57,588 nt of DNA from Arcobacter sp. (GCA_965662175.1 CBFIGT010000003.1:1-57588), one strand, 5' to 3'; shown: positions 11,157 to 24,310, counted from the stretch's first letter. Translations and numbers: made by a program. The notes: generated from the letters alone by a model not told the origin.

Positions 11157-12161
11157 ATGCTAATCAATGATAACTTTTATATGAAGTTAGCAATTGATGA
11201 AGCATGGAAATATCAACTACTAACTTATCCCAATCCAGCCGTTGGATGTGTTATTGTAAAAAATGGTGAACTATTAGCAATTGAAGCTCACAAAGAGGCT
11301 GGTTTTGCCCATGCTGAAGTTAATGCTTTAAAAGCAGCTTTTTTAAAAAAACATCCAAATCATTTATTAAAAACAAAAAAAACTTCCCAAGATATTCATG
11401 AGTGCTTATTAAAAAATCATAATGATTTTTTTAGTGATTGTGAGATTTTTGTTACACTTGAACCTTGTAATCATGTTGGGAAAACTCCATCATGTGCAAA
11501 TCTTTTAAAACAGTTAAAACCAAAAAGAGTAATAATAGCCCATAAAGATATAAATAAACAAGCAAGTGGCGGTATAGAAACTCTCAAAAGTGCTAATATT
11601 GATGTTAGCTTGGCTTGTATGGAAAAAGAGGCATATTGGCTTTTATATCCTTTTATTAAATGGACAAAAGGTACATTTGTTTTTTATAAAATGGCACAAA
11701 CATTAAATGGAAGTATTGATGGTCAAATTTCAGGAAATCAAGCTAGAGCTTATGTACATGCTCTAAGAGATAAGATTGATTTGATGTTAATTGGTGGAAA
11801 TACAGTTAGAAATGATAGACCAACTTTAGATGCAAGATTTGTAGCAGGTCGAGCACCTAATATAATGATTTACTCTAATAAAAAAATATTTGATAATCAA
11901 ATAGCTCTATTTAAAATAGCAAATAGAGAGGTAACTATTAGTAATGATTTATTTAAAATTCTTAATCATAAGTTTGTAATGATAGAGGGTTCTTATAATC
12001 TTTTGGCTACTTTAAAAGAGAGAATTGATTATATTATGCTATTAGTTAGTCCAAAAATAAGAAAAGGGCTAAATGCTTTAAATGATATAGATATGGATTT
12101 TGAAATAGTTCATGAGAATTTTATAGGTGAAGAGAAGATTATATATCTAAAAAGAAAGTAA
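11157..12161 (+). CDS. ribD: Bifunctional riboflavin deaminase/reductase
   Basis: PNPAVGC, HAE, TLEPCNHVGKTPSC and DRPTL motifs. Confidence 0.95.
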   Translation: MLINDNFYMKLAIDEAWKYQLLTYPNPAVGCVIVKNGELLAIEAHKEAGFAHAEVNALKAAFLKKHPNHLLKTKKTSQDIHECLLKNHNDFFSDCEIFVTLEPCNHVGKTPSCANLLKQLKPKRVIIAHKDINKQASGGIETLKSANIDVSLACMEKEAYWLLYPFIKWTKGTFVFYKMAQTLNGSIDGQISGNQARAYVHALRDKIDLMLIGGNTVRNDRPTLDARFVAGRAPNIMIYSNKKIFDNQIALFKIANREVTISNDLFKILNHKFVMIEGSYNLLATLKERIDYIMLLVSPKIRKGLNALNDIDMDFEIVHENFIGEEKIIYLKRK

Positions 12162-12188
12162 GTAAAAAAGCTTTTGCTTTTTTACTTA
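12159..12188. terminator. Bidirectional terminator between convergent ribD and efp
   Basis: Perfect 13-bp inverted repeat TAAGTAAAAAAGC-TTTT-GCTTTTTTACTTA overlapping both stop codons. Confidence 0.75.
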
Positions 12189-12745
12189 ACTTTTTCTAAG
12201 TATTCACCTGTTCTAGTGTCACATTTAATAATGTCACCCTCAACTAAGTGAAAAGGAATTTGTACAACAGCACCTGATTCTAATGTAGCTGGTTTTTTAC
12301 CACCTTGAGAATCACCTTTGAAGTTTGGTGGAGTTTCTACAATTTTTAATTCAACTGTCATAGGTGGTTCAACTGTAATTGCGCTTCCATTAAAGAACAT
12401 CATATCACAGCTCATACCATCAATAATCCAGTCAAATGCTTCACCAACTTGGTCATAAGTTAAACCAATTTGTTCATATGTTGCATTATCCATAAATTGT
12501 AACATTTCACCATCATCATATAAAAACTGCATAGTTTTTTGTTGTAAATCAGGAGTTACACACTTATCACCTGCGTGAAAAGTCTTTTCAATTACTTTTC
12601 CATTGATAAATGATTTGATTTTACATCTAACAAACGCAGCACCTTTTCCAGGTTTTACGTGTTGATATTCTGTAATTTTATAAGGGATTCCATCAAGTTC
12701 GATTTTTAATCCCTTTTTTAATTCACTCATTCCAATATTTGCCAT
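12182..12745 (-). CDS. efp: Elongation factor P
   Basis: [10 protein letters not shown] and KPATLESG motifs. Confidence 0.97.
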   Translation of the reverse strand: MANIGMSELKKGLKIELDGIPYKITEYQHVKPGKGAAFVRCKIKSFINGKVIEKTFHAGDKCVTPDLQQKTMQFLYDDGEMLQFMDNATYEQIGLTYDQVGEAFDWIIDGMSCDMMFFNGSAITVEPPMTVELKIVETPPNFKGDSQGGKKPATLESGAVVQIPFHLVEGDIIKCDTRTGEYLEKVK

Positions 12746-12756
12746 ATAAGTCCTTA

Positions 12757-14343
12757 TTAAATTTCTGCATAAGAAACTGAAATTGCAGCTTCTAAGTTTT
12801 CTAATTTTTTTAATATACTATGAGTAATAGTTGTATCAACTAAAATAACAGCTAAAGCTGAATCTTTTCCTCTTGATAATCTAAAGTCAGCAATATTAAT
12901 ACCATTGTCCCCTAATATTTGACCTATTTGACCAATTACTCCAGGTACATCAGAATTTCTTAGTAAAATCATTTTACCTTTTGGTTCTATATCAAAACCA
13001 AAACCATTAACTTCTACTATTCTTTGTACATTTTCATCAAATACAGTACCTGAAATAGTATTTACACCTTTTTCAGTTGTGATTTTAATAGTTACTTTAT
13101 TGTTATAACCACTTGTATTATGAGTCATTTCACAAGTATCAAAAGTGATACCTTTTTCTTCAGCCCAGAACTTAGCATTAACATAGTTAACTTCATCTCC
13201 ACCTGAAACTTTTAAAGCTCCAACTGCTGCAAATGTTGATAAAGATTCTAAATACTCTTTAATGTCACCTTGCGCACAAACAGAGATAGATCTAATAGCA
13301 CTCTTATCGCTTTGAGCTGATAAAAAGGCCATTTTTTGTGTTAATTCAATATATGGTTTTACGAATGAAGGTATTTTACTTTCATCTATTGGTAAATTTA
13401 AAGCGTGAGGATAAGCAATGCCTCTTGCTGATTCAATAGCATTTTCAGCCGCTTGAATAGCAATTTTCTTTTGTGATTCTTTAGTATTAGCACCTAAGTG
13501 AGCAGTTACTGTCACATTAGGTAAGTCTAATAATGGATGGTCTGTTGCAGGTTCTTTGATAAAAACATCAATTCCAGCCATAGCAATTTTTCCAGATTTT
13601 AAGTTATTTACAAGGGCTTCTTCATTATATAATCCACCTCTAGCACAGTTAATTAAAACAACTCCATCTTTCATTTTTGCAATTTCTGTTTCACCAATCA
13701 TATCAATTGTTTCTTGATTTTTTGGTGTATGAATTGTAATAATATCACAAGCTAATATATCTTCAAAATTTGTAGTATACTTAATCCCTAAATCTGTAGC
13801 TTTTGTTGAAGGAATATATGGGTCATAAGTTACAACTTCCATTTCAAATGATTTTGCTCTTAATGCAACTCTATGTCCAATGTTACCGAAACCAATAACA
13901 CCTAATTTTTTACCATAAAGTTCATTTCCATACCAATCTTCTCTTTTCCAAACTCTGTCAATTTTTAATTGGTTATGAGCATATGGAAATTTTCTCATAC
14001 AAGAAAGCATATGAGCCATAGTAAGCTCAACAGCTGCTATTGTATTTGCAGTTGGAACATTCATAGCAATGATTCCTCTTTTGCTACATCCCTCGATATT
14101 AACATTATCATAACCAACACCAGCTCTAATAATCGCTTTTAAATTAACAGCTGCATTTAAAAACTTTTCATCAACGTCTGTTGAAGATCTAGTAATTGCA
14201 ACATCAGCATCTTTAATTACATCTAAAAGTGTAGTTTTATCAATATCAGCTGCAAATACATAATTAATATCTTCAGTAGATGCTAAAATATCCAAACCAT
14301 CTTGGTGAATATGATCACAAACTACAATTGTATGTTTACCCAT
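12757..14343 (-). CDS. serA: D-3-phosphoglycerate dehydrogenase with ACT domain
   Basis: [25 protein letters not shown] and DVPGVIG motifs. Confidence 0.96.
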   Translation of the reverse strand: MGKHTIVVCDHIHQDGLDILASTEDINYVFAADIDKTTLLDVIKDADVAITRSSTDVDEKFLNAAVNLKAIIRAGVGYDNVNIEGCSKRGIIAMNVPTANTIAAVELTMAHMLSCMRKFPYAHNQLKIDRVWKREDWYGNELYGKKLGVIGFGNIGHRVALRAKSFEMEVVTYDPYIPSTKATDLGIKYTTNFEDILACDIITIHTPKNQETIDMIGETEIAKMKDGVVLINCARGGLYNEEALVNNLKSGKIAMAGIDVFIKEPATDHPLLDLPNVTVTAHLGANTKESQKKIAIQAAENAIESARGIAYPHALNLPIDESKIPSFVKPYIELTQKMAFLSAQSDKSAIRSISVCAQGDIKEYLESLSTFAAVGALKVSGGDEVNYVNAKFWAEEKGITFDTCEMTHNTSGYNNKVTIKITTEKGVNTISGTVFDENVQRIVEVNGFGFDIEPKGKMILLRNSDVPGVIGQIGQILGDNGINIADFRLSRGKDSALAVILVDTTITHSILKKLENLEAAISVSYAEI

Positions 14344-14358
14344 TTTATAATCCTCGAA

Positions 14359-16011
14359 TTATTTAATTTGATCTTTTAATAAATCACCTAAAGTCATTGA
14401 TGAATCATCATTTACAGATTTTAAAATTTCTCTTTCTTGTTGTTGCTCTAATCTTTTAACAGATAATCTAACTCTATTTCTGTTTGTGTCAATATTTACA
14501 ACAACTGCTTCAATTTCAGCACCCATTTCAACTTCTTCAGGTTTTAAAGGACCGAAATCTTCATTTCTAACTAAACCATCTAAATTATTCTCTAATTTAA
14601 TAAATAGTCCGAAATCTTTTAAGTCTTTTATTGTACCTTTAACAATATCTCCAATTTTATGCTCAGATTGGAATTTTTTTGCAGGAGAGTCTGTAATATC
14701 TTTTACTGATAAAGAGATATTCTCTTTTTCTCTATCAATTTTGATAATTTTAACTTCAACTTCGTCACCTTTTTTGTATAAAGTTTTACATTTTGCATTA
14801 CCTTCCCAAGAAGCTTCCTCATTATGTAATAGACCATCTACATCACCTAAAGTAACAAATGCACCAAACTCAGTTAAAGTTGCAACTTTACCTGTTAAAA
14901 TATCTCCAACTTTATGCTCTTTTGTAAATTTTGCAAAAGGTTTTTCTTGTAGATTTTTTAATGATACTCTTAATCTTTTTTTATCAACGTCAAGTTCAAT
15001 AACTTCAACATTAACTTCATCACCAAGAGTTAAAGCATCTTTAGGGTTTTTAAGGTTTTTATTCCATGAAATTTCAGAAATATGTAATAATCCCTCAATA
15101 TCATTTCCTAAATCAACAAATGCACCATAAGATTCAAAGTTAGAAATTGTTACAGTAATTGTATCACCAACTTCTAATTCGTCTCTAATCTCTTCCCAAG
15201 GGTTAGCAAGTGCTGCTTTGATTGATAATGATAAGTGTTGTTTAGTTTTGTCATAAGATAAAACTTTAACAGTAACTTCATCACCCTCTTCATAATAATT
15301 AGATGGATTAACAGGACCTTTGTAAGAGATTTCATTGTAGTTTACTAAACCATCAATTCCACCTAAATCAACAAACATACCATAAGAAGTGATTTTTTTG
15401 ATAATACCATTAACAGCATCACCATTTTCTAAAAGTTGAGCAACTTTTGTATCTTTTTCAAGTTTAGCTTCTTCAATTAATTTTTTTCTAGAAACAATAA
15501 TTGAGTTTTGAGCTTCATTAACTTTTAAAACCTTAGCTTTAACTTTTTTACCAACAGCACCAACTGCTTTTAAATAAGATTGAGCCATTGGCATGAAATA
15601 TTCACAACCGTTATCATCTTCAATTATAAATCCACCTCTTTGCTTAACAGAGATAATTTTACCTTCAATTACAACGTCTTCAATATTTTCACCATGCTCT
15701 TTAACAAAAGCATCAAATTTCTCTTTTTGTAAAACTTTTTTATGAGAAATATTTGGTTTTTCACCTCTATTACCCATTAAAACAACAGGAATTACATCAC
15801 CTGTTTTATACTTTACAACACCACCAATAGTGATTTCAGAAATATGTAGTCTTCCTTCAACTTTTTGACCAACATCTACTAAAACATTTTCACCATTAAT
15901 CTCAACAATTACACCATCAACTACAGAGTTGTTCTCTGCATTTTCGAAAGACTCATTAAGCATTTGCTCAAAGTCAAAGTCTTCACCAATTTCAATATCT
16001 TCGATACCCAT
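14359..16011 (-). CDS. rpsA: 30S ribosomal protein S1
   Basis: Six S1 repeats (YGAFVDLG..EGLLHISE). Confidence 0.97.
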   Translation of the reverse strand: MGIEDIEIGEDFDFEQMLNESFENAENNSVVDGVIVEINGENVLVDVGQKVEGRLHISEITIGGVVKYKTGDVIPVVLMGNRGEKPNISHKKVLQKEKFDAFVKEHGENIEDVVIEGKIISVKQRGGFIIEDDNGCEYFMPMAQSYLKAVGAVGKKVKAKVLKVNEAQNSIIVSRKKLIEEAKLEKDTKVAQLLENGDAVNGIIKKITSYGMFVDLGGIDGLVNYNEISYKGPVNPSNYYEEGDEVTVKVLSYDKTKQHLSLSIKAALANPWEEIRDELEVGDTITVTISNFESYGAFVDLGNDIEGLLHISEISWNKNLKNPKDALTLGDEVNVEVIELDVDKKRLRVSLKNLQEKPFAKFTKEHKVGDILTGKVATLTEFGAFVTLGDVDGLLHNEEASWEGNAKCKTLYKKGDEVEVKIIKIDREKENISLSVKDITDSPAKKFQSEHKIGDIVKGTIKDLKDFGLFIKLENNLDGLVRNEDFGPLKPEEVEMGAEIEAVVVNIDTNRNRVRLSVKRLEQQQEREILKSVNDDSSMTLGDLLKDQIK

Positions 16012-16051
16012 ATTTTTCCTTCGTATTAACCGTTATTTATAAAATGCGAAG

Positions 16052-16074
16052 ATTATAGCTAAGATTGGCTTAAA
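16052..16074 (-). promoter_or_regulatory. Putative rpsA promoter
   Basis: Minus strand TTTAAG...TATAAT, Campylobacterota-style. Confidence 0.5.
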
Positions 16075-16093
16075 CTATTTAAAAGAGAATTAA

Positions 16094-16927
16094 TTACAAT
16101 TGTTCTATTTTATCAACTACTTGTTGTATTATCCAGTCAGGAGTTGACGCACCTGCTGTTACTCCACATAGTTTTTTGTCTTTAAACCAAGAGTTGTTTA
16201 TTTCAGTTTCATCTTCAACTAAATAACAGTTTTGACAATTTTCTTCAGATATATACAACAATTGTTTTGTATTTGATGAGTGTTTTCCACCAATTACAAT
16301 CATAATATCTACCTCTTTTGAAAGCTCTCTAGCAGCATCTTGGTTCTCAAAAGTAGCATCACATATTGTGTTAAAAACTCTTACTTCTTTATTTTTTAAA
16401 ATTAAAGAGTTAACAATTTCAAGATATTTTTCTTTTTTCTTTGTTGTTTGAGCAATAGTTGCTATTTTAGATTGTTTAAAGTTGATTTTATCCAAATCAC
16501 TAGGTTCCAATACAACATAAACATCACTTTGATCTTTTGCATAAGATTTTACACCTAAAACTTCAGGATGGTCGCTATCTCCAAAGATTAATATTGAGTA
16601 TTGTTTTTCAGACATTTTTTTAACTATTTGTTGAGGAGTTGTAACAAAAGGACAAGTTGCATTTATTACTTTTGCATCTCGTTTTTTTAAAGTCATTAAA
16701 TCATCTTTTGGAATACCATGGGTTCTAATAATGATTGTATCTTTATCTTTTACTTCATCTAGTGTTCTATAAAGTCCTACATTATAGTCATTCATTAATC
16801 TATCAATTTCATTTTTATTATGAATTAAAGGTCCCATTGTTGCTGAGTCTTTATACTCTTCAGCAATTTTAATAGCTCTTTTTACACCAAAACAAAACCC
16901 ATATGAAGAGGCTAATTTTACTCTCAT
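16094..16927 (-). CDS. ispH: 4-hydroxy-3-methylbut-2-enyl diphosphate reductase
   Basis: GFCFGVKRA, ATCPFV, TICDAT and TAGASTP motifs. Confidence 0.97.
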   Translation of the reverse strand: MRVKLASSYGFCFGVKRAIKIAEEYKDSATMGPLIHNKNEIDRLMNDYNVGLYRTLDEVKDKDTIIIRTHGIPKDDLMTLKKRDAKVINATCPFVTTPQQIVKKMSEKQYSILIFGDSDHPEVLGVKSYAKDQSDVYVVLEPSDLDKINFKQSKIATIAQTTKKKEKYLEIVNSLILKNKEVRVFNTICDATFENQDAARELSKEVDIMIVIGGKHSSNTKQLLYISEENCQNCYLVEDETEINNSWFKDKKLCGVTAGASTPDWIIQQVVDKIEQL

Positions 16928-16965
16928 TTTTATCCTTATTTATTATGAAGAGAAAACTAGTATTC

Positions 16966-18246
16966 TTAAGCTTTAAGAGAGTCTAGTATCTCTTTAAAGT
17001 TTGGAAATGAAGTTAGAATACAATCTACATCTTCAATATCCATACCACAATTTAAACCAGCTATTGCAAAACTCATCGCAATTCTATGGTCACCATGTGA
17101 GTTGATATTTGCTTTTTTCATTGTTCCACCGATTATTTCATAACCATCTTCGAACTCTGTAAATTCAACTCCACATAGTTTTAGGTTATTTACAACTGAA
17201 GCAATTCTATCACTCTCTTTTACTCTAAGTTCACTAGCATTTGAAACTTTTGATTTTCCTTTTGCTAAACTCATTGCAATGCTAAGTGCTGGAAGTTCAT
17301 CTATTAACCATGAAATATTTTCACTAACTTCAACGCCATTTAATTGGTCATTTTCCACAATAATATCACCAATTGGTTCATAAATATTCTCTTTTTCTAT
17401 AAACTCAACTTTTACACCCATTCTTTTTAGAACTTCATAAGCCCCAACTCTTGTTGGATTTAAAGTTACATTTTTAATTGTAATCTTTGCTTTTGGTGTA
17501 ATTGCAGCTGCAAGGGCAAAGAAAAATGCAGAACTAGGATCTGTTGGAACTGTAATATTTAAAGGTTTTAAAGCACCTTTTAATGGATGAATATGGATAT
17601 ATCCCTCTTCATCATTCTCTAAAGTTGCTCCCATACCTTTTAACATTCGTTCAGTATGATCTCTTGTTAATTCATTCTCTTTATATTTTGAAATACCATT
17701 TGCTCTTAAAGCAGCTAAAATCATTGCTGATTTAACTTGCGCTGAATCTACAGGTGAATTATAAACAAAAGGCTTAAGCTCTTTTACCCCTCTAATAAAA
17801 AGTGGAGCTTTATTTCCATCTTCTCTTCCATCAATTTTTGCACCAATACTTCTAAGTGGATCAGCAACTCTTTTCATAGGTCGTGCATGTAAATATTTAT
17901 CACCAACTAAAACAAATGAACCATCAATTGATGCTAAAAAACCACAAAAAAGTCTCATTGCAGTTCCTGAGTTTCCACAATCAAGTACATTTTCAGGCTC
18001 TTTTAATTCACCCTTTGGAGTAATAGTTACATCTGAACCATTTCGTGTGATATTAGCTCCTAATTGCTCAACGATTGATAAAGTATTTAAAGTATCTTCA
18101 GCTGTTAAGAAATTTTTAATATGGGATGTTTCATTACTTAAAAGTGAAAACATTGCACATCTATGGGAGATAGATTTATCACTTGCAATATTATCAATAA
18201 CAATATTAAATGGCTTTTCTAGTGGAGTGATTGAAAACTTTTTCAT
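16966..18246 (-). CDS. aroA: EPSP synthase
   Basis: DKSISHR, GNSGT, SAQVKSA, KESDR and DHRIAM motifs. Confidence 0.97.
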   Translation of the reverse strand: MKKFSITPLEKPFNIVIDNIASDKSISHRCAMFSLLSNETSHIKNFLTAEDTLNTLSIVEQLGANITRNGSDVTITPKGELKEPENVLDCGNSGTAMRLFCGFLASIDGSFVLVGDKYLHARPMKRVADPLRSIGAKIDGREDGNKAPLFIRGVKELKPFVYNSPVDSAQVKSAMILAALRANGISKYKENELTRDHTERMLKGMGATLENDEEGYIHIHPLKGALKPLNITVPTDPSSAFFFALAAAITPKAKITIKNVTLNPTRVGAYEVLKRMGVKVEFIEKENIYEPIGDIIVENDQLNGVEVSENISWLIDELPALSIAMSLAKGKSKVSNASELRVKESDRIASVVNNLKLCGVEFTEFEDGYEIIGGTMKKANINSHGDHRIAMSFAIAGLNCGMDIEDVDCILTSFPNFKEILDSLKA

Positions 18247-20565
18247 TTATCTTATTCCAATTCCTAATTTTTTATTTAAAGTATCTAAAATAGTATCCAT
18301 AGTCAAAGTAATATCCTCTTCTTCTAGTGTTTTATCATCACTTTGTAAAATAAATCTAATAGTTAAACTCTCATTTTCACCTAGTTTTTCATCACTATAA
18401 GTATCTACTAAATTAAACTGCTTAATTTTTTCATCTTCAATTGTTCTAATTGCATGTGAAATTCTTGAATACTCCATATCTTTTGGAACAATTAAACTTA
18501 AGTCTCTTTTTGAAGCTTGGAATTTTGAGTAGTTTTTTGTTTTAATTAACTCATTTTTTATTTTAGAAAAATCAATCTCTGCTATAAAAGTATCTGGAAT
18601 ATCATAATCATTTGTAACATTTGGATGAAGTTTTGAAATAAATCCTACAACTTCTCCATCAATAATAACATCAGCATTTTGATATGGGTGAATTAAACTA
18701 TTTTCAATTTTTTCCATAACTTTTAACTCAAATTTACCAATTGTATTTAAGATTTTTTTAGAGAAATCAAAAAATTCAATTGCTTTAGGTCTTCCATTAT
18801 TTTGAAAATTTTCATCCTCTTTATCACCACTATAAATAAATGAAATCTTTTTTGACTCTTCTCTGTTTTTATTAAAAACAGTTCCTATTTCAAAAAATGC
18901 TACTTTTTTAAAACCTTGTTTAAAGTTATTTGATGTTGCTTCAATTAGGTTTGTTAAAATAGTAGTTCTAAATGTATCTAACTCTTTTACAATAGGATTT
19001 AAAATATCTAATTTGTCATCAACTGTTGCAAATCCATATTTTTCTAGAGTATCTTTATTTGAGAATACATAAGTTAATGTTTCAAAGAAACCATTTTCAA
19101 TAGCTTTAGCTCTTATTTTATTTTTCTTAATTAATTCATTTGTTGTTTTGTTTATTCTATTTGCTTCATCAATTAAAAGAGGTTTTGATTCAATATTATC
19201 AATTCCAATAATTCTTACAATCTCTTCAGTTACATCAGCAATATTTTTTATATCATGTCTAAAAGGAGGAACTTGAACAGATAAAACACCTGCATTTCCA
19301 TCTTTTACAATAAATCCTAAATCTGTTAGAATTTTTTCAATTTTTATTTTTGTAATAGATTTACCAATAATTGAGTTAACTTTTTTAATACTAATATCAA
19401 TTGTTAATCTCTCTTTATCTTCTGTAAATGTTTCATAACCTCTGTAAAGTTTTGCACCAAAATTAGAGATTAATGTTGTGAAATAGTCCATTCCCATTTG
19501 AATATCAGGCTCACTACCTCTTGATGTTCTATAATACATTTGTCCAGTTTTAATCTTTTTTTCAAAAACATTTTTTGATAACTCTTCTGGATTATTGTAT
19601 GAAGCTTCTAATATAAAAGTAGTATCATCACAGTTTAACTCTTCTTTATCAATACTAATAGTACTTAATTTACTTGTACCATAAACTTCATCAAAACCAT
19701 TTTCACCTTTTTTTACATGTAAAACAGCTAAATCATTTATGCTATCGCTATCTTTTTTTGCATAAGCATTTATAATTACACCTGTTGAGTGAGTAGCATA
19801 AGTTAAAACATTATTAAAGTTTGACTCTTTATACTCATCTAAAAATGCAACTCTTAGTTTATGTAAAAGTGGTAAATTAAAATCATCAAAATCAGCTGCT
19901 TTATAAATTAGTGATGAATCTATAGAACTTGCACACTCAATCTCTAAAAGCTGTCCAATTCCCATATCATTATAATCAAGATTTTTTTCTTGCTCAAGTA
20001 GAGGTAATTCATAACAAGCACTTAACTCTCTTGCTATTCCATTTATACTTAAACAATCACCTCTATTAGCTGTTAATTCTATCTCAATAACATCATCATT
20101 TATAAGTCTGTATTCATTTAACTCTTTACCTAAAACTAACTCACCAATTGAATTATCAAGTTCTAATATTCCATCATTTAATTTAGGAAGACCTATCTCT
20201 GTTGAAGAGCAAATCATACCAAGTGATTCTACACCTCTTAGTTTTGCTTTTTTAATTTTAAAATCTTCACTTAAAACACATCCAACAGTTGCAACAGGTA
20301 CATATTGACCTGCAGCTACATTTTTTGCACCACAAACTATTTGAGTAGTTTCATTTCCAATATTTACCTGACAAATTGATAATTTATCAGCATCAGGATG
20401 TTTCTCTTTAGATTCAACATATCCAACAACAACACCAGCTGGAATTCTAATTTTGTTTAATGAATCAACTTCTAAACCAATAGAGTTTAATTTTGTGCAA
20501 ATTTCATTTGTATCAATTTTAGAAATATCAATAAAATCTTCTAACCATCTTTTTGTAACTATCAT
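18247..20565 (-). CDS. pheT: Phenylalanine-tRNA ligase beta subunit
   Basis: [21 protein letters not shown] motifs and C-terminal FDX-ACB domain. Confidence 0.96.
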   Translation of the reverse strand: MIVTKRWLEDFIDISKIDTNEICTKLNSIGLEVDSLNKIRIPAGVVVGYVESKEKHPDADKLSICQVNIGNETTQIVCGAKNVAAGQYVPVATVGCVLSEDFKIKKAKLRGVESLGMICSSTEIGLPKLNDGILELDNSIGELVLGKELNEYRLINDDVIEIELTANRGDCLSINGIARELSACYELPLLEQEKNLDYNDMGIGQLLEIECASSIDSSLIYKAADFDDFNLPLLHKLRVAFLDEYKESNFNNVLTYATHSTGVIINAYAKKDSDSINDLAVLHVKKGENGFDEVYGTSKLSTISIDKEELNCDDTTFILEASYNNPEELSKNVFEKKIKTGQMYYRTSRGSEPDIQMGMDYFTTLISNFGAKLYRGYETFTEDKERLTIDISIKKVNSIIGKSITKIKIEKILTDLGFIVKDGNAGVLSVQVPPFRHDIKNIADVTEEIVRIIGIDNIESKPLLIDEANRINKTTNELIKKNKIRAKAIENGFFETLTYVFSNKDTLEKYGFATVDDKLDILNPIVKELDTFRTTILTNLIEATSNNFKQGFKKVAFFEIGTVFNKNREESKKISFIYSGDKEDENFQNNGRPKAIEFFDFSKKILNTIGKFELKVMEKIENSLIHPYQNADVIIDGEVVGFISKLHPNVTNDYDIPDTFIAEIDFSKIKNELIKTKNYSKFQASKRDLSLIVPKDMEYSRISHAIRTIEDEKIKQFNLVDTYSDEKLGENESLTIRFILQSDDKTLEEEDITLTMDTILDTLNKKLGIGIR

Positions 20566-21554
20566 TTGAACTGTCCTAATAATCTTAAATCACTCTCAAA
20601 AAGAGACCTTAAATCTCCAATATTATGAATTAGCATTGCAAATCTTTCAATTCCTAAACCAAAAGCATAACCTGAAACATCATCATAACCAACTGATTTA
20701 AATACATTTTCATCCACAATTCCACAACCTAATACCTCAAGCCATCCTGTATGTGAACAAACTCTACATCCATCACCTTTACAAAATACACATGAAATAT
20801 CAACTTCAGCTGATGGTTCTGTAAATGGGAAGAAAGAGGGTCTAAATCTAACATCAACTTCACCAAACATATGGTGTAAGAACTCTTCTAATACATGTTT
20901 TAAATTAGCAAAAGAGATTTTATCACTACTATCTACAACTAGTCCCTCAATTTGGTGAAACATAGGTGTATGTGTGATATCAAAATCTCTCCTAAAAACT
21001 GTTCCTGGAGCAATCATTCTAATAGGTGGTTTTTGACTAAGCATTGTTCTAATTTGTACAGGCGAAGTGTGAGTTCTTAAAAGTGTGTAATCTTTATTGT
21101 AAAATGTATCTTGCATATCACGTGCTGGGTGATATTTAGGAAGATTTAATGCTTCAAAATTATGAAAGTCATCTTCAACTAATGGTCCCTCTTCAACAGC
21201 AAAGTTAAGGTTTTGAAAATATGTAATAACTCTATCCATAGTTTCAACAACAGGATGAACAGCACCACAAGATAGATTATTATTAAATCTTGTAACATCA
21301 ATTTTTTCAGCTTCTAATGTTTTATTTAATTCAATCTCTTCTAATACAACTTTTTTAGCTTCTATTGCATTTGTAACTTCAACTTTTGTATTGTTTAAGT
21401 TTTGTGCAAATGCTTTTTTCTCTTCATTTGGTATATCTTTAAGTCTAGCAAACTCTTTTGTTAAGAAACCTTTTTTACCTAAAAGCTCTACTCTTAAGTT
21501 TTCTAAGCCCTCTAAAGAGTCAATAGACTCTATTTTTTCAATCCACTCTTTCAA
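20562..21554 (-). CDS. pheS: Phenylalanine-tRNA ligase alpha subunit
   Basis: [16 protein letters not shown] and FPFTEPS motifs. Confidence 0.97.
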   Translation of the reverse strand: MKEWIEKIESIDSLEGLENLRVELLGKKGFLTKEFARLKDIPNEEKKAFAQNLNNTKVEVTNAIEAKKVVLEEIELNKTLEAEKIDVTRFNNNLSCGAVHPVVETMDRVITYFQNLNFAVEEGPLVEDDFHNFEALNLPKYHPARDMQDTFYNKDYTLLRTHTSPVQIRTMLSQKPPIRMIAPGTVFRRDFDITHTPMFHQIEGLVVDSSDKISFANLKHVLEEFLHHMFGEVDVRFRPSFFPFTEPSAEVDISCVFCKGDGCRVCSHTGWLEVLGCGIVDENVFKSVGYDDVSGYAFGLGIERFAMLIHNIGDLRSLFESDLRLLGQFK

Positions 21555-21621
21555 ATATTTCCCCTAAGTTCAATTTTTATAAAAGGTTAATATTGTACTT
21601 AAGTTTTTATTAGAGTTTGGT

Positions 21622-21627
21622 TATAAT
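21622..21627 (+). promoter_or_regulatory. -10 box for the HIT gene
   Basis: TATAAT ~30 nt upstream of ATG; AAGGA RBS follows. Confidence 0.45.
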
Positions 21628-21656
21628 ATTTTTAACATATTTAAAAGGAAAAAATT

Positions 21657-22007
21657 ATGTGTATTTTTTGTAAGATTGTTGCAGGTGAAATACCTAATAA
21701 AACTGTTTTAGAGGATGAAAATTTTTTAGCTTTTGAGGATATTAATCCAGCAGCTAAGGTACATGTTTTAGTTATACCAAAAGAGCATTATAAATCATTT
21801 GATGAAATTCCAGGTGAACTTATGGCTAATATGACTTTGTTTATTCAAAAAGTTGCTGATAAGCTTAATTTAAAAGAAGATGGTTATAGATTAATTACAA
21901 ATATTGGTGATCATGGTGGACAAGTTGTACATCATTTACATTTTCATATTTTAGGTGGTGAGTATGTTGGTAGACTTGTTGGTGAAAAGGTAAGAGAAGA
22001 GTTTTAA
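21657..22007 (+). CDS. Histidine triad (HIT/Hint) nucleotide-binding protein
   Basis: CIFCKI and HHLHFHIL motifs. Confidence 0.93.
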   Translation: MCIFCKIVAGEIPNKTVLEDENFLAFEDINPAAKVHVLVIPKEHYKSFDEIPGELMANMTLFIQKVADKLNLKEDGYRLITNIGDHGGQVVHHLHFHILGGEYVGRLVGEKVREEF

Positions 22008-22016
22008 ATCTTCTCT
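21993..22016. terminator. Possible terminator hairpin between convergent HIT gene and accA
   Basis: AGAGAAGA-N8-TCTTCTCT inverted repeat. Confidence 0.4.
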
Positions 22017-22962
22017 ACTTCTCAACTTCTTGTGTAAAACTTCCTAAAGACATAAGTTTTTCATATCTTTTTTCATATCTCTCTTCTTTAGAGATAGTTC
22101 TTAACTCTTTTACTGAATTTAAAAAATAATCTCCTAAAGCTTGAATAGCTTCCTCTTTTGCTCTATGTGCTCCAATTAATGGTTCTTTTATTACATCATC
22201 AACTAGTTTTAACTCTTTTAAAGCCTCAGCTGTTATTTTTAAAGAGTTAGCAGCTGTTTCTGCTTGAGATGGGTCATTCCATAAAATAGCAGCACAACCC
22301 TCAGGAGAAATAACTGCATAAACAGAGTATCTCATCATTGCTAATTTATCAGCAACTGAAATTGCAAGTGCTCCACCTGAACCACCCTCTCCAATTACTA
22401 CTGAAACAGTTATTGTATCTAAATCAGAAAATTCAAATAAATTTTTAGCAATTGCTTCACTTTGGTTTCTCTCCTCAGCTCCAAGTCCAGGATATGCACC
22501 CGGAGTGTCAACTAACATAAGAATTGGAAGATTAAATTTTTCAGCAAGTTTTGCTGCTCTTAAAGCTTTTCTATAACCCTCAGGTGATGGCATACCAAAA
22601 TTTCTTTTTAGTTTATTTTTAGTACCTCTACCTTTTTGCTCTCCAATAACAACAACTTTTTCTTCGCCAATTTTACCTAAATAACATACAATAGCACTAT
22701 CATCATCAAAATGTCTATCCCCATGAATTTCATAAGCATCACTTAGTAATCCTCTTATATAATCCATCGCATAAGGACGATCAGGGTGACGTGCTAATTG
22801 AAGCTTTTGATAATCAGTTAAGTTCTTAAAAGTTTTTTCAACTTCTTTATCTAGTTTTTTTTCTAAAATCTCAACTGCATGTTCATCAGATTTTGTTTTT
22901 GCAACTATTATATCTTCTTCTATAGCTTTTATTTTTTCTTCAAATGTCAAATAAGTTGCCAA
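22015..22962 (-). CDS. accA: Acetyl-CoA carboxylase carboxyltransferase alpha
   Basis: [15 protein letters not shown] and GEGGSGGA motifs. Confidence 0.97.
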   Translation of the reverse strand: MATYLTFEEKIKAIEEDIIVAKTKSDEHAVEILEKKLDKEVEKTFKNLTDYQKLQLARHPDRPYAMDYIRGLLSDAYEIHGDRHFDDDSAIVCYLGKIGEEKVVVIGEQKGRGTKNKLKRNFGMPSPEGYRKALRAAKLAEKFNLPILMLVDTPGAYPGLGAEERNQSEAIAKNLFEFSDLDTITVSVVIGEGGSGGALAISVADKLAMMRYSVYAVISPEGCAAILWNDPSQAETAANSLKITAEALKELKLVDDVIKEPLIGAHRAKEEAIQALGDYFLNSVKELRTISKEERYEKRYEKLMSLGSFTQEVEK

Positions 22963-22976
22963 TTTATTCCTTTAGT

Positions 22977-24236
22977 TTATTTAGTATATTTTTTAAATAT
23001 AACAGAACCGTTTGTTCCACCAAAACCAAAGTTATTACTCATAACCGTAGTTAATTCAGCTTTTCTAGCTACATTAGGAACATAGTCTAATTCACAATCT
23101 TCATCTTGATTAATTATATTAATTGTTGGAGGAATAATACCATCATTTAAAGATTTTATTGTAAAAATTGCCTCAATAGCACCAGCTGCACCTAAACAGT
23201 GACCAATTTGACCTTTTGTTGATGTTACAGGAGGACAGTTTTCAATACCGTTAAATAACTCTTTAATAGCTTTACTCTCATTAACATCTCCAACAGGTGT
23301 TGAAGTACCATGAGTATTTATATAATCAATTTTTGGTAGTTCTCCTGTATTTGATTTTACCATTTCAAGTGCTGCTCTCATAGCTCTTAAAGGTCCATCC
23401 ATTACAGGTGCTGTGATATGGTTTGCATCACCACTTTCACCAAATCCAATAACTTCAGCATAAATTTTAGCACCACGTGCTAATGCTGAATCTAATGTTT
23501 CAACAACTAAAGCTCCAGCTCCCTCACCCATAACAAATCCATCTCTATCTTTATCAAATGGTCTTGAAGCAGTTTTTGGGTCGTCATTTCTAGTAGATAA
23601 AGCCTTCATAGATGCAAATCCACCAATTCCAGCTCCACAAATAGCTGATTCAGCTCCAACAACTAATATATTATCAGCTCCACCTAATGCAATTGTTTTA
23701 ACAGCATCAGCTAAAGCATGAGTTGAAGCAGCACAAGCAGTTACATGTGATAAACTTGGACCTTTTAATCCATGTTCAATTGAGATAAAACCACTTAACA
23801 TATTAACTAATGATGATGGTATAAAAAATGGAGAGATTCTTTTAGGTCCTCTTTCAGCACATACAACAGAGTTTTTTTCAATAGTAGATAAACCACCAAT
23901 TCCAGATGCTGAGATAATACCAAATCTATTTGATAAAGAGTCATCAACTTTATTGTTCTCTTCACTTGCAAAACCTGAATCAATCATAGCTTCTTTTGCT
24001 GCTTTTATTCCTAATTGTATAAATCTATCGGCTTTCTTAACCTCTTTTTTATCCATTACAGTAGTAGGATCAAAATCTTTAACCTCTCCTGCTATTTGTA
24101 CAGAGTAAGCATCTGCATCAAATAGAGTAATTTTATCAATTCCACATTCACCTGCAACTACGGCTTTAAATGAATCTTCTACATTATGACCTAAAGAATT
24201 AATTGTACCAAGACCAGTTATAACAACTCTTTTCAT
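22977..24236 (-). CDS. fabF: Beta-ketoacyl-ACP synthase II
   Basis: TACAAS, HGTST, GHCLGAAG and FGFGGTN motifs. Confidence 0.96.
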   Translation of the reverse strand: MKRVVITGLGTINSLGHNVEDSFKAVVAGECGIDKITLFDADAYSVQIAGEVKDFDPTTVMDKKEVKKADRFIQLGIKAAKEAMIDSGFASEENNKVDDSLSNRFGIISASGIGGLSTIEKNSVVCAERGPKRISPFFIPSSLVNMLSGFISIEHGLKGPSLSHVTACAASTHALADAVKTIALGGADNILVVGAESAICGAGIGGFASMKALSTRNDDPKTASRPFDKDRDGFVMGEGAGALVVETLDSALARGAKIYAEVIGFGESGDANHITAPVMDGPLRAMRAALEMVKSNTGELPKIDYINTHGTSTPVGDVNESKAIKELFNGIENCPPVTSTKGQIGHCLGAAGAIEAIFTIKSLNDGIIPPTINIINQDEDCELDYVPNVARKAELTTVMSNNFGFGGTNGSVIFKKYTK

Positions 24237-24310
24237 TAATTATGCTCCATATGATATATTATTTTTATTATTTAAACTATTCAATTTTTTAAAAAAAATT
24301 CAAAAATTTA

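Noticed and set aside
14486..15130. 214-aa plus-strand ORF
   Set aside because: Antisense shadow of rpsA; Ser/Phe/Thr-rich composition typical of reverse-frame artefacts. The same applies to the other short antisense ORFs in the track (e.g. 251-493, 7811-8074, 18047-18400, 24353-24637, 50577-50960).
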